The notes below the pieces were generated by a model that saw only the letters and a program-made list of their open reading frames with translations, searched no databases and had not been told where the DNA came from. The translations under genes were made by a program, and so were the position numbers. Below are positions 36,265-49,410 of a DNA stretch of 64,000 nt, in pieces. Origin of the DNA: Squalus acanthias (Eukaryota); NCBI GenBank assembly GCA_030390025.1, contig JASTWF010000324.1, positions 62,001 through 126,000 on the forward strand, read 5' to 3'. Within the stretch, counting starts at the first letter, position 1, and the number at the start of each line of letters is the position of its first letter.

Positions 36265-37262
36265 TTACTGGGTATAACACTCCTGTATATATTGTATAAC
36301 ACAGCGTGCGTTACTGGGTATAACGCTCCTGTATATATTATATAATAACACACCGTGCGTTACTGGGTATAACGCTCCTGTATATATTATATAACAACAC
36401 ACCGTGTTACAGGGTATAACGCTCCTGTGTATATTATATAATAACACACCGTGCGTTACTGGGTATAACGCTCCTGTATATATTATATAACAACACACCG
36501 TGTTACAGGGTATAACGCTCCTGTGTATATTATATAATAACACACCGTGCGTTACTGGGTATAACGCTCCTGTGTATATTATATAATAACACACCGTGCG
36601 TTACTGGGTATAACGCTCCTGTGTATATTATATAATAACACACCGTGCGTTACTGGGTATAACGCTCCTGTGTATATTATATAACAACACACCGTGCGTT
36701 ACCGGGTATAACGCTCCTGTGTATATTATATAACAACACACCGTGCGTTACCGGGTATAACGCTCCTGTGTATATTATATAACAACACACCGTGCGTTAC
36801 CGGGTATAACGCTCCTGTGTATATTATATAATAACACACCGTGCGTTACCGGGTATAACGCTCCTGTATATATTATATAATAACACACCGTGCGTTACCG
36901 GGGATAACGCTCCTGTATATATTATATAATAACACACCGTGCGTTACCGGGTATAACGCTCCTGTATATATTATATAATAACACACCGTGTTACTGGGTA
37001 TAACGCTCCTGTATATATTATATAATAACACACCGTGCGTTACTGGGTATAACGCTCCTGTATATATTATATAATAACACACCGTGTTACTGGGTATAAC
37101 GCTCCTGTATATATTATATAATAACACACCGTGCGTTACTGGGTATAACGCTCCTGTATATATTATATAATAACACACCGTGTGTTACTGGGTAGAACGC
37201 TCCTGTATATATTATATATTAACACGCCGTGCGTTACCGGGTATAACGCTCCTGTGTATATA
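36265..37262. repeat. 47/49-bp minisatellite, ~20 copies
   Basis: Unit gttactgggtataacgctcctgtatatattatataataacacaccgtgc. Confidence 0.95.
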
Positions 37263-39292
37263 ATGGGCCAGATTTTGCTGTGAAGAGAATGGTGAGGCAA
37301 ACAGCGCTCACCGTTATTTACGTGCAAATCAGGACAGCTCCTCCATAAAGTGCGTGAAAACGGTGTCTCGCCATCGGGCTTCCCATTCTAATATATTGAA
37401 CAGCGTGAAGTTCCTGTACTGACATCATAGATACGGACTAAACTCGGCACAAAAACTAAGTTAGGTCATTCCAGTCTAAGTACCCTTCGAATGGTGCGGT
37501 AAGTCTTCATTAGTGCCAAACAACCTCTCTGGCAGTGAAAATTAACATTAACAAGTGTGAAGTCTCATTCTCTCTCTCTTCACCCAATCTTTCTTTCCTT
37601 TTCTGTACCTGATTTGAGCTGGAATTAAATATTCCAACTGACATTTCCTGCTTCAGACTCTGTGTTGCTGATAAACTATTCTTCAATCTGATTGGTTAAG
37701 GAGATGCACACAGGTTCCAGATGCCCTGTAGAGGGCACCGTGTCGGTTGGATGTCCTGCTGACAGCAACATGCCGTGCAAAACCCCATGGAAAGTCTAGC
37801 AGCAAGTGCAAGTCGAAAGGTTTGCCACTCAGAGCAAAGTACGGCTCAACATAATAACACAATCCCTTGGAAATGGAATGGGGCTTGAACACGCTACATC
37901 CTGATTCAGAGTCAAGAGTTCTACCAGTTGATCCAAGTTGAATATTAAATTGCTAACAGGTTTATTAAACAGTAAATAGTTAAGCAATCAGAAGCGAAAG
38001 CACACCATAGGTTTACAGCAGCTACTGGCTTAATGATCCCTCCTCAGAAGCTAGAGAGCAACAAACGTTTACAACTGCTAATGTTAAGTCTGAATGCAAA
38101 CTGGAATGAGCCCACGGTTCCTGAATATGAACCTTTACGTGGTGGCTCGCTGTGAACTCCCATGATTCTCTGTCCATCGATCTCGCTCTGCCAATTTCAG
38201 ATGGACAAGCCTAATTTGAACAAGTTAAAATCTTTTTAATAAATTGACCAGTGCAAAAGAAATGTTAATATGTCTCTCTTGATCTGAGCTGTCAATCAAA
38301 CATATATACAAACAAAACCCAGAAGGTGCTGGTATTTGAATTGAATGGCAGAAGGTGCTGGTATTTGAATTGAATGGCATTGCCCATCCCGCAGATACCT
38401 GACACAGGAGTTAACATCCTGGGGCTTTGTGTATCAAAACAAGATGGGCCATTTTCAGCTTTTAATCCCATATGTACTATGAGGGAAAGAAAGAAGCCAA
38501 AAACATTATAAGTCATAAACAAAAATGCCACTCTGACATAAATTTACCCGGACTTAATCACCGATTGATTACCATTAAATAATACCAATGAGCTCGCCCA
38601 ATAGTGTAGAGGGAGCTTTATTCTGTATCTAACCCGTGCTGTACCTGCCCTGGGAGTGTTTGATGGGACAGTGTAGAGGGAGCTTTAACCTGTATCTAAC
38701 CCGTGCTGTACCTGTCCCGGGATTGTTTGATGGGACAGTGTAGAGGGAGTTTTTCAGTGTTTAACTGGACTGAAAATAGTGTAGTTTTATTCTGCACCTA
38801 GCCATTGAGAGATTGTACCTGCCCTGGGAGTGTTTGATGGGACAGTGTAGAGTGTAAAAAAAGCACTCAATTCTCCAGCACTATCGTTATTAGTGGTATG
38901 GTAGCATAGTGGTTATGTTACTTAACTAGTAATCCAGAGGCCAGGACTAATAATCTGGAGACGCGAGTTCAAATCCCAACCACGGCAGTTTGGAATTTAA
39001 TTTCAGTTAATTAAATAAATCTGGAATTAAAAGCTTGTAACAGTAACACAGTAACGGTTACCATGAAACCACAATGAATTGTTGCGAAAACTCTCAGTAT
39101 CACTTTCAAGTCCCTTGCCCCACTCTATCTTTGTGATGTCCTACAGCCTCGTGTCCCACCCGCTCTAACACTGGTGGCCACTCTCTCAGCCACTATGATC
39201 CTGTCCTCTGGAGTTCCCTCTGCCGTGATAATTCCCAACCTGCTTCTAAAAACATCCTCAAAGCTCAACTCTTCAACCTTGCTTTTGGTGTT

Positions 39293-42200
39293 TGCCTCTG
39301 AGTCAGAAGGTCGTGGGTTCAAGTCCCTCTCCAGAGATCTGAGCACATAATCCAAGCTGACACTCCCAGTGCAGTACTGAGGGACAACTGCACTGTCAGA
39401 GATGCCCTCTTTTGGATGTGGCATAAGAATTAGGAGCAGGAGTCGACCATTCAGCCCCTCGAGCCTGCTCCACCATTCAATAAGATCATGGCTGATCTTC
39501 GACCTCAACTCCACCTTCCCGCACTATCCCCATATCCCTTGATTCCCCGAGAGTCCAAAAATCTGTCTATTTCAGTCTTGAATATACTCAAAAGACTGAG
39601 CGTCCACGGCCCTCTGGGGCAGAGAATTCCAAAGATTCCCAACCCTCTGAGTGAAGAAATTTCTCCTCATCTCAGTCTTAAATGGTCGACCCCTTATCCC
39701 GAGACTATGCCCCCTAGTTCTAGACTCTCCAGCCAGGGGAAACAACCTCTCAGCATCTACCCTGTCAATCCCCCTCAGAATCTTTTATGTTTCAATGAGA
39801 TCACCTCTCATTCTTCTAAACTCCAGAGAGTATAGGTCCAATCTACTCAATCTCTCCTCATAGGACAGCCCTCTCATCCCAGGAATCAATCTAGTGAACC
39901 TTCGTTGCACCGCCTCTAAGGTAAGTATATCCTTCCTTAAATAAGGAGACAGAAACTGTGCACAGTACTCCAGGTGTGGTCTCACCAGAGCCCTGTACAA
40001 TTGTTGCTTGCTGTACCTGCATGTTAACTCTGTGTTTCTTGTACTAGGACACTCAAATCTCTTTGATCACCAACATTTAATAGTTTCTCACCATTTAAAA
40101 AATATTGTTTTTCTTTTCTTCCTACCAAAGTGAATAACCTCACATTTCCCCACATTATAGTCCATCTGCCACCTTATTGCCCACTCAATTAACCTGTCTA
40201 TATCCCTTTACAGGCTCCTTGCATCCTCCTCACATCTTACTTTCCCACTCAGCTTTGTATCATCAGCAAACTTGGATATATTGCATTCAGTCCCTTCATC
40301 CAAGTCATTAATATAGATTGTAAATTGATGAGGCCCCAGCACCGATCCTTGCAGAGCCCCACTAGTTACAGCCTGCCAACTGAAAAATGACCAGTTTATT
40401 CCTACTCTCTGTTTTCTGTCTGTTAACCAATCCTCGATCCATGCTAATACCTTACCCCCAAACCCCATGAGCCCTTATCTTGCTTAACAACCTTTTATGT
40501 GGCACCTTATCAAATGCCTTTTGGAAATCCAAATATACTACATCCACTGGTTCCCCTTTATCTACCCTGCTAGTTATATTCTCAAAAAACTCTAATAAAT
40601 TTGTTAAACATGATTTCCCTTTCATAAAACCATGTTGACTCTGCCTAATCATAGTTTGATTTTCTAAGTACCCTGTTACCACTTCCTTAATAATGGATTC
40701 CAGCATTTTCCCAACGACTGATGTCAGGCTAACTGGCCTATAGTTCCTGGTTTTCTCTCTCCCTCCTTTTTTGAATAGTGGGGTACATTTGCTACCTTCC
40801 AATCCTCTGGGACTGTTCCTGAATCTAGGGAATTTTGTAAGATCACAACCCATGCATCCACTATCTCTGCAGTCACCTCTTTTAGAACCCTAGGATGTAG
40901 GCCGTCAGGTCCAGGGGATTTGTCGGCTTTTAATCCGATTAGTTTCTCAAGTACTTTTTCTCTACTGATTTTAATTACTTTAAGTTCCACGCTCTCATTA
41001 GTCCCTTGGCTCCCCACTATTTTTGGTATGCTTTTTGTGTCTTCTACTGTGAAGACAGATACAAAATATTTGTTTAAAGCCTCTGCCATTTCCTTGTTCC
41101 CCAATATAATTTCTCCTGTCTCAGCCTCTGAGGGACCAACGCTTACTTTTGCTACTCTCTTCCTTTTTACATTCTTGCAGAAGCTCTTACAATCTTTTTA
41201 TATTTCTTGCTAATTTACTCTCATATTCTATTTTCTCCCTTTTTTTAAATCAATATTTTGGTCATCCTTTGCTGGTTTCTAAAGCTCTCCCAATCCTCAG
41301 GCTTACTACTATTCTTCACAACATTATAAGCCTCTTCTTTTAAACTAATGCTATCCTTAACTTCTTTAGTTAGCCACGGATGGATCACTTTGCCCGTGGA
41401 GTTTTTATTTCTCAATGGAATGTATATTCGTTGAGAATTTTGGAATATTTCTTTCAATGATTGCCACTGCTTATCTACTGTCATACCTTTTAATCTAATT
41501 TCCCAATCTACCTTAGCCAACTCACCCCTCATAACTACGTAATTGGCTTTGTTTAAGATTCCAGTGCCAGACTTAAGAATGTCACTTTCAAACTCAATGT
41601 GAAATTCTATCATATTATGATCACTCTTTCCTAGAGGAGCCTTTACCATAAGTTTACTAATTAACCCTGTCTCATTACACAAAACAAGATCTAAAATAGC
41701 CTGTTCCCTGGTTGGTTCCATGACTTATTGTTCTAGGAAACTGTCTCGAATACATTCCATGAACTCGTCCTCCAGACTATCCTAGCCAATTTGATTTGCC
41801 CAATCTATATGCAGATTAAAGTCCCCCCACGATTATTGTATTACCTGTGTTACAACCTCCTATTATTTCTTGATTAATATTCTGTTCAACGGTATAGCTA
41901 CTGTTTGGGGACCTATAAACTACTCCCACCACTGTTTTCTGCCCCTTGTTATTTCTTATCTCCACCCATACTGATTCTACTTCCTGATCCTCTGAGCCAA
42001 GATCCTTTCTCACTACTGTCCTTATGTCATCCTTATTTATCAGGGTTTCCCCTCCTCCTGTTCCAGTCTGCCTGTCTTTTCGATAAGTCAAGTACCCTGG
42101 AATATTTAGCTCCCAACCTTGGTTACCTTGCAACCATGTCTCTGTAATGGCTATTAGATCGAACCCATTTATCATTATTTGTGCCACTAATTTGTCTATC

Positions 42201-42632
42201 TTGTTTCGAATGCTTTGTGCATTCAGGTAAAGAGCCTTTAGTTTTAACCTTTTACCATTATTCCCTGCTTTCATCTTACTCACTGATGCACGATTACCTT
42301 TAAACTCTCTGTCCCTTCCTGTCACACGTTAAACTGAGGCCCCGTCTGCCCTCTCAGGTGGGCGTAAAAGATCCCGCAGCACTATTTCGAAGAACAGGGG
42401 AGTTCTCCTGGTGTCCTGGGCCAATATTTATCCCTCAACCAACATCATCAGAACGGACTATCTGGTCATTTATTTCATTGCTGTTTGTGGGAGCTTGCTG
42501 TGTGCAAAATTGGCTGCCGCATTTCCTACATTACAACAGTGACTACACTTCAAAAAAGTAATTAATTGGTTTTACAGCGCTTTGGGACATTCTGAGGTTG
42601 TGAAACGTGGTATAGAAATACAAATTCTTTTT
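39293..42632 (+). mobile_element. Deu-domain SINE split by a 2.9-kb CR1 (halves 39293-39422 and 42326-42632)
   Basis: The 5' half ends ...tttggatgtggc and the 3' half resumes acgttaaactgaggcccc, contiguous in the family sequence. Confidence 0.85.
39423..42325 (-). mobile_element. CR1 LINE, near-complete decayed ORF2 (endonuclease + RT), inserted in a SINE
   Basis: LYLNAQSIRNK, ITETWL, SDH, KSPGPDG, NYRPVSLTS, YLDFQKAFDKVPH and KFADDTK motifs; several frameshifts and deletions. Confidence 0.93.
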
Positions 42633-43790
42633 GCTTTTAGTTCCCCCCCAATCCTAACCCTGTCCATTTGCCCCTTACCCGCTCCTGATCAGCATCCGTC
42701 ATTCTCTTCCTTCGCGTAAAGTGCTTTGTAACGTCTTCCTGGATGTGAGGAATGCGATGGAAATGCAAGTTGCTGTTACCCCTTCCCTCTCCCAATCCCC
42801 AGTAACAGGGAATAACACTCTACAACAACAACTTGTATTTATACAGCGCCCTTCACACAGAAACATCCCAAGGTGCTTCACAGGAGCGTTATCGAAAAAA
42901 ATGTGACACCGAGCCACATAAGGGGACATTAGGCCAAATGAGCAAAAGCTGGGTCAGAGAGGGAGGTTTTAAAGGAGGAGAGCGAGGCGGAGAGGTTTCG
43001 GGAGGGAATTCCAGAGCTCAGGGTTGATCTAGTAAACTACTATTCTCCATCATTCAAACTGCTTACAGTTCAAACACCCTCCACATTGGGGTGGAGTTTT
43101 GTGTTAAATGTTGCTATTAGACGGGCTTGCTGTATAGGTGGTTGTTTCATCTGAGAATACCTTTACAAGTTGCTGCTATTGGCACAGTACATTATTTCCC
43201 TCAATTCTCCATTTTTCTTACCCTGGTCCCCTCGGGTCTCACAGCGAAGGCAGGAAGGCATGCGACCATCTCTCAGGCCACCGCTCATAAACACCAAAGT
43301 TATGGAGGGCGAGAGCAACCCAGGAATGAGACCCTTGATTTACCTTTTGCTTTTAGATCCCACCCCCCGCCCAAGCTAACCATCTCCATTTGCCCTTTAC
43401 AGCATCCATCATTTGAGCTCATCCAACACTTAGGGACCAAAGTGGCAATCTGTGTGTCGAGCCGGAAGATGTAGGTGAGGTTTTAAATGAATATTTTGCA
43501 TCTGTGCTCACTATGGAGAAGGACGATGTAGGCAAAGAAATCAGGCAGGGGGATTGTGATATACTTGAACAAATTAGTATTGAGAGGGAGGAGTTACTCG
43601 CGGTTTTAGCGGGCTTAAAAGTGGATAAATCCCCAGGCCCAGACGAGATGTATCTCAGGCTGCTGTGTGAGGCAAGGGAGGAGATTGCAGGGGCTCTGAC
43701 ACAAATTTTCAGAACCTCTCTGGCCACAGGGGAGGTCAAAATTGAGAGGTCGCACAACACCAGGTTATAGTCCAACAGTTTTATTTTAAA

Positions 43791-43828
43791 TCACAAGCTT
43801 TCGGAGTTACAACTTCTTCGTCGGGTGA
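43791..43828 (-). ncRNA. Inverted copy of the hammerhead motif in the left arm
   Basis: Reverse complement of 44634-44671 with one extra stem II mismatch (GAAGT instead of GGAGT). Confidence 0.6.
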
Positions 43829-44633
43829 AGTGAGGAGATACAGAATCGTCAAAGCATATATAGATACAGAACAATGCATGTGTAACTTACAATTGCAGAC
43901 AACTAAATTCAATCATCCTGACTGTTTATCTGCCGAGGTGTGATAAAGTTAATCAGGTCAGCCAGGAAGGTACCACATCAAAGACATAGCAAGATACAAC
44001 TGAGACAATGAAGTGGAGTCGCAGGGGTCTAACGTGTCAAAAGCTGCCGTCTGTATGTAAAACGATTAACTTTAAAATTTTTACTTTTTTACTGGGGATC
44101 ACATCTGTGAACAAGCCAACGACGACTCGAGTCCGGATCACGTCATGTATCGTGACATAAACCCAAGATCCCGATTGAGACCGTCTTCATGAGTGCGGAA
44201 CTTGGCTATCAGTTTCTGCTCGATGCAACGCAAAATCATCGAGCAGAAACTGATAGCCAAGTTCCGCACTCATGAAGACGGTCTCAATCGGGATCTTGGG
44301 TTTATGTCACGATACATGACGTGATCCGGACTCGAGTCGTCGTTGGCTTGTTCACAGATGTGATTCCCAGTAAAAAAGTAAAAATTTTAAAGTTAATCGT
44401 TTTACATACAGACGGCAGCTTTTGACACGTTAGACCCCTGCGACTACACCTCATTGTCTCAGTTGCATCTTGCTATGTCTTTGATGTGGTACCTTCCTGG
44501 CTGACCTGATTAACTTTATCACACCTCGGCAGATAAACAGTCAGGATGATTGAATTTAGTTGTCTGCAATTGTAAGTTACACATGCATTGTTCTGTATCT
44601 ATATATGCTTTGACGATTCTGTATCTCCTCACT

Positions 44634-44671
44634 TCACCCGACGAAGGAGTTGTAACTCCGAAAGCTTGTGA
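44634..44671 (+). ncRNA. Minimal type I hammerhead ribozyme motif with a U4-to-C core change
   Basis: TCAC-CCGACGA-A-GGAGT-TGTA-ACTCC-GAAA-GC-TT-GTGA: stem I TCAC/GTGA, stem II GGAGT/ACTCC, palindromic AAGCTT at stem III. Confidence 0.7.
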
Positions 44672-46454
44672 TTTAAAATAAAACTGTTGGACTATAACCT
44701 GGTGTTGTGCGACCTCTCAATTTTGTCCACCCCAGTCCAACACCGGCATCTCCGCATCATGACCACAGGGGAGGTGCCAGAGGACTGGAGGACAGCCAAC
44801 GTAGTACCATTATTCAAGAAGGGTAGTAGGGATAAACCAGGGAATTACAGGCCAGTGAGCCTAACATCAGTGATAGGGAAATTATTGGAAAAAATTCTGA
44901 GGGACAGAATTAGTCTCCACTTGGAGAGGCAAGGATTAATCAAGGATAGTCAGCATGGCTTTGTCAGGGGGAGATCATGTCTAACCAATTTGATTGAATT
45001 TTTTGAGGGGGTGACTAGGTGTGTGGATGAGGGTAGTGCAGTTGATGTAGGCTACATGGACTTCAGTAAGGCTTTTGACAAAGTCCCGCATGGGAGACTG
45101 GTCAAGAAGGTAAGAGCCCATGGGATCCAGGGCAATTTGGCACATTGGATCCAAAATTGGCTTAGTGGCAGGAGGCAGAGGGTGATGGTCGAAGGTTGTT
45201 TTTGTGACTGGAAGCCCGTGTCCAGTGGTGTACCGCAGGGATCGGTGCTGGGTCCTTTGCTGTTTGTAGTGTACATTAATGATTTAGATATGAATGTAGG
45301 AGGTATGATCAGTAAGTTCGCAGATGACACGAAATTTGGTGGGGTGGTAAATAGCGAGGAGGGAAGCCTCAGGCTACAGGACGATATAGACGGGTTGGTC
45401 AGAACAGTGGCAAATGGAATTTAACCCTGAAAAGTGTGAGGTGATGCATTTTGGGAGGACTAACAAGGCAAGGGAATACACAATGAATGGTAGGACCCTC
45501 GGAAGGACAGAGGATCAGAGGGACCTTGGTGTGCATGTACATAGATCCCTGAAGACAGGACAGGTAGATAAGGTGGTTAAAAAGGCATATGGGATACTTG
45601 CCTTCATTAGCCGAGGCATAGAATATAAGAGCAGGGACGTTTTGATGGAGCTGTACAAAACGCTAGTTAGGCCACAGTTGGAATACTGTGTGCAGTTCTG
45701 GTCGCCACACTATAGGAAGGATGCGATTGCATTGGAGAGGGTGCAGAGGAGATTCACCAGGATGTTACCTGGGTTGGAGCGCTTCAGCTATGAAGAGAGA
45801 CTGGACAGGCTGGGGTTGTTTTCCTTAGAGCAGAGAAGGCTGAGGGGGGACCCGATTGAGGTGTACAAAATTATGAGGGGCATAGATAGGGTAGATAGAA
45901 AGGAACTTTTCCCCTTAGTAGAGGGGTCAATAACCAGGAGCATAGTTTCAAGGTAAGGGGCAGGAGGGGATTTGAGGAAAAACATTTTCACCCAGAGGGT
46001 GGTTGGAATCTGGAACTCACTGCCTGAAAGGGTGGTAGAGGCAGGAACCCTCACAACATTCAAGAAGCATTTAGATGAGCACTTGAAACGCCATAGCATA
46101 CAAGGCTACGGACCAAGTGCTGGAAAATGGGATTAGAATAGATAGGGCTTGATAGCCGGCGCGGACACGATGGGCCAAAGGGCCTCTTTCTGTGCTGTAT
46201 AACTCCATGACTGCGCGTGTCCTAACTCGCACCAAGTCCCATTCACCCATCACCCCTGTGCTCGCTGACCTACATTGGCTCCTCGTCCAGCAACGCCTCG
46301 ATTTTAAAATTCTCATCCTCGTGTTCAAATCTCTCCATGCCCTCAACCCTCCCCATCTCTAATCTCCTCCAGCTGCACAACCCCCCCCCCACCCCCCGAG
46401 ATCTCTGCGCTCCTCTAATTCTGAACTCTTGTGCATCCCCAATTTCCGTCGCTC

Positions 46455-46850
46455 CACCACTGGCGCTAGGCCATTCTGGAGTGAAATCAGGAAGCACTTC
46501 TTCACAGAAAGGGGAGTGGAAATCTGGGACTCTCTCCCCAAAAGGCTGTTGAGGCTGGGGGTCAACTGGAGCTTTCAAGACTGAGATCGATAAATTTTTG
46601 TTGGTTAAGGGAACCAAGGGATATGGGGATAGGGCGGGAAAGTGGAGTTGATGTAAAAGTTTAGCCACAAATTTAGTGAATGGTGTAGCAGACTTGAGGG
46701 GCCGTATGGCCTACTCCTGCTCCTATTTCTTATGTTCTTAAGACATATGGAGCAAAGGTGGGTAAATGGCAATGAGATACAGATCAGCCATGATCTAATT
46801 GAATGGCAGAACAGGCTAGAGGGGCTGAATGGTCTCCTCCTGTTCCTATG
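46455..46850 (+). mobile_element. Two adjacent CR1 3' ends
   Basis: Two consecutive 3' UTR/tail segments ending near 46740 and 46850. Confidence 0.75.
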
Positions 46851-46854
46851 TAAA

Positions 46855-47320
46855 CGAAAGAAAGACTCACATTTCTACAGCGCCTTTCACAACCACTGGA
46901 CATCCCAAAGCGCTTTACAGCCAATGATGTACTTTTTTTTGAAGCGGAGTCACTGTTGTAATGTAGGAAACGCAACAGCTAATTTGCCCACAGCAAGCTC
47001 CCACAAACAGCAATGTGATAATGACCAGATCATTATTTTTTTTTTAAAAGTGATGTTGAGGGATAAATATTGGCCAGGACACCGGGGATAACTCCCCTGC
47101 TCTTCTTCAAAATAGTGCCATAGGATCTTTTACGTTCACCTGAGAGAGCAGACGGGGCCTCGGTTTAACGTCTCATCTGAAAGACGGCACCTCCGACAGT
47201 GCAGCACTCCCTCAGCACTGCACTGGAGTGTCAGCCTAGCTTTATGTGCTCAAGTCCCTCGAGTCGGATTTGAACCCATGACCTTCTGACTCAGATGCGA
47301 GGGTGCTACCCACTGAGTCA
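46855..47320 (-). mobile_element. Deu-domain SINE, full length
   Basis: Same family, unexpanded. Confidence 0.88.
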
Positions 47321-48662
47321 TGTAACAAGATGGAGGGGTTGAACAGCCTCCTCCTGTCCCTAACCACGATTGTTGGCGGGAGAATCACCAGACGTTTGCC
47401 AGGTAGAATGTCAGCTTGGTGTCACCCCTGCCACGCAGCGCAAACCACGAGAGCTCTCCCCCCGCTTCCTGACCCTCATTTCCCCGAGCACTTGCTATGA
47501 CCCAACAATGCTCCTACAGCCTGTGCGATGCCACAAAGGATGGGGCAAAGCTTGCCAGAACAAATCTCCGTCTCTGTCAATCACCGGCAAAAAAATACTT
47601 TTGCGAAGAGAGCGTGTTCCGAGACATCAGCGAGTGACATGGGAGCACTTTCTCATGTCCTATTACCGATCCGTCAACGCTGAAATTCTCCTCTTATTGT
47701 GACAGACTGAGCTGCTCGGCGAGGAAATGCCATCAGGGAATATCAAACGCTGCAGAGATATTCTCTCTGATAGAGGTCAAGACTCTGGTTGGGGAGGGGG
47801 AGGGTGGAATCACCGATGCAGGAACGCGACCTTGTATATTTTTTTTTCTTTTTTCTTCCGATGGAATCATTTACGGGCCACTTTGCACATGTTCCCTCGG
47901 TTCCGAGCTGAGAGATACAATTACAGCCTAGATTGAGCTCTTGGGCAGGGATCCAATTTATGTTTCCATCTCGAAGACAAAAAAAAAGTCTTTCAAAGCC
48001 TGGGGCTGCTACTCGAGCCGAGAGAGCCTGACATTTTTACCACCATGATCCACCATGCCTGTCAGGTGGAATGAGTCTTTTGTCTTGGCTTGCCACTCAA
48101 AAGCATTGCATTTACAGCCTCTTAAGCAACACGGGGCTCATCAACCCGGGATATGGATGTCTCTAACCAGCTCCCGTCGAGGGCTGCTTCTGAAACATTG
48201 CCCTTTTGCAGGACTTGGTCCCATTCCGCCAGCCAGCGCGGAGAATTAAGGAGCACCAAGTACTCCTCATCTCAAAACCACCAGCCTTTCCCCTCATAAC
48301 CTTGCATCGCTTTGCTTTCTTTCCACACTTAAAGCAAGGGTAGGGACCAGGGGGAAAAGAGAGCTTTTGTTAAAAAAAATGTATGTTTTTAACCCAGAGT
48401 TTCTACTTATGATGTACATACACCTCTCGTCTCTTCCAACACTGATTCCTCCCCTCCCGCAACATACACATGCCCACCTGTGCCATGCTGACTGGCAGGT
48501 GCAATGGAGAAGAGTCAGGTGATGAGTCTGTGGATGTAAATCCGTATCCCACCATTCTGTGCACTCAGTGCCCCAATACACCAACACTTCAACAAGTCTT
48601 TCAGTAAGATGTGAGAGTTACTCCTTAACTACTGATACGCATCATATGAACCCCCCGCAAAG

Positions 48663-49045
48663 GGGTATGGTAGCATAGTGGTTATGTTACTGGACTAGAG
48701 GCCTGGACTGATCCAGAGACAAGAGTTCAAATCCCACCATGGCAGCTGGGGAATTTAAATTCAGCTAATCAAATAAAAATCTGGAATATAAAAAAAGATA
48801 GTATCAGTAATGGTGACGACGAAACTACCAGATTGTCATAAAAACCCATCTGGTTCACTAATGACTTTTAGTGGAAGGAAATCTGCCGTCCTTACCTGGT
48901 CTGGCCAGGCCCACAGCAATGTGGTTGACTCTTAACCGCCCTCTGAAGGTGGCTCACCACCACCACCTTCTCAAGGGGAAATTAGAGATGGGCAATAAAT
49001 GCTGGCCTTGCCGGTGACACCCACATCATGTGAATGAATTTTTTT
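48663..49045 (+). mobile_element. Second tRNA-derived SINE family
   Basis: A box tagcatagtgg, B box agttcaaatcc, tail gggcaataaatgctggccttgcc. Related copies at 38893-39090(+) and 13670-14205(-); related tail at 52055-52165(+). Confidence 0.75.
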
Positions 49046-49146
49046 TAAATGCTTATAAGCGCCAGTTTTTACGAAGAGGATGGGAAAATTTGACCTGGGC
49101 AGATGGAAGCCTCAAGTACCAGAGGATATAAGTTTAGAGTGAGAAG

Positions 49147-49410
49147 GGGGATTGGGTGGTGCAGTGGGTTAGACACTAACCTTTCGCCTCTGGGTTCAAA
49201 TCCTTGCTAGGATAAGTCTTGTATGCCTCTGGCTGCCAGGGTTCCATGTGAAATGAGTTTGGTCAGTCTCAGCACAGCAGGCGTCCGTGCCACTCAAATA
49301 GGCCCAAGGACGGTTGGTGTTGGAACAAATGCCAGACTGGTGCAGGAAGGAGTGGGCTCGTGAGGCAGGAGCTGAGGCACTGCAGAAGGAGCTTTACTCT
49401 GTATCGGTGC
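49147..49410 (+). mobile_element. Old tRNA-derived SINE resembling LF-SINE
   Basis: Head ggggattgggtggtgcagtgggttag, B box ggttcaaatcc, gtgaaatgagtttggtcagtctcag. 3' gaaggagctttactctgtatc matches the 67-bp minisatellite. Family assignment is from memory of the consensus. Confidence 0.5.

Larger units (their letters stand above)
43737..44762 (+). mobile_element. Penelope-like retroelement family A, 5'-truncated with inverted duplication (fold-back)
   Basis: Arms 43737-44225 and 44237-44725 are reverse complements (about 5 mismatches by eye), with an 11-nt spacer and a 37-nt unpaired tail. 13-bp TSD ccacaggggaggt at 43724-43736 and 44763-44775. Plus frame from 44226 reads QRKIIEQKLIAKFRTHEDGLNRDLGFMSRYMT*, resembling a GIY-YIG endonuclease C-terminus (GLN motif). 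Interrupts a CR1 ORF2. Confidence 0.9.
43428..46212 (+). mobile_element. CR1 LINE, linker + RT to 3' end, interrupted by the Penelope-like fold-back
   Basis: KSPGPD, NYRPVSLTS, PQGSVLGP, FADDTK and YCVQFWSP motifs; frameshift near 45400. Confidence 0.93.

Noticed and set aside
37265..37830. Possible old non-autonomous DNA transposon (also ~49800-49940)
   Set aside because: Ends are only vaguely inverted and no TSD could be established by eye.
44687..45956. Apparently intact reverse transcriptase gene
   Set aside because: 5'-truncated CR1 ORF2, interrupted by the Penelope-like insert and frameshifted near 45400; the listed ORF start lies inside the insert.
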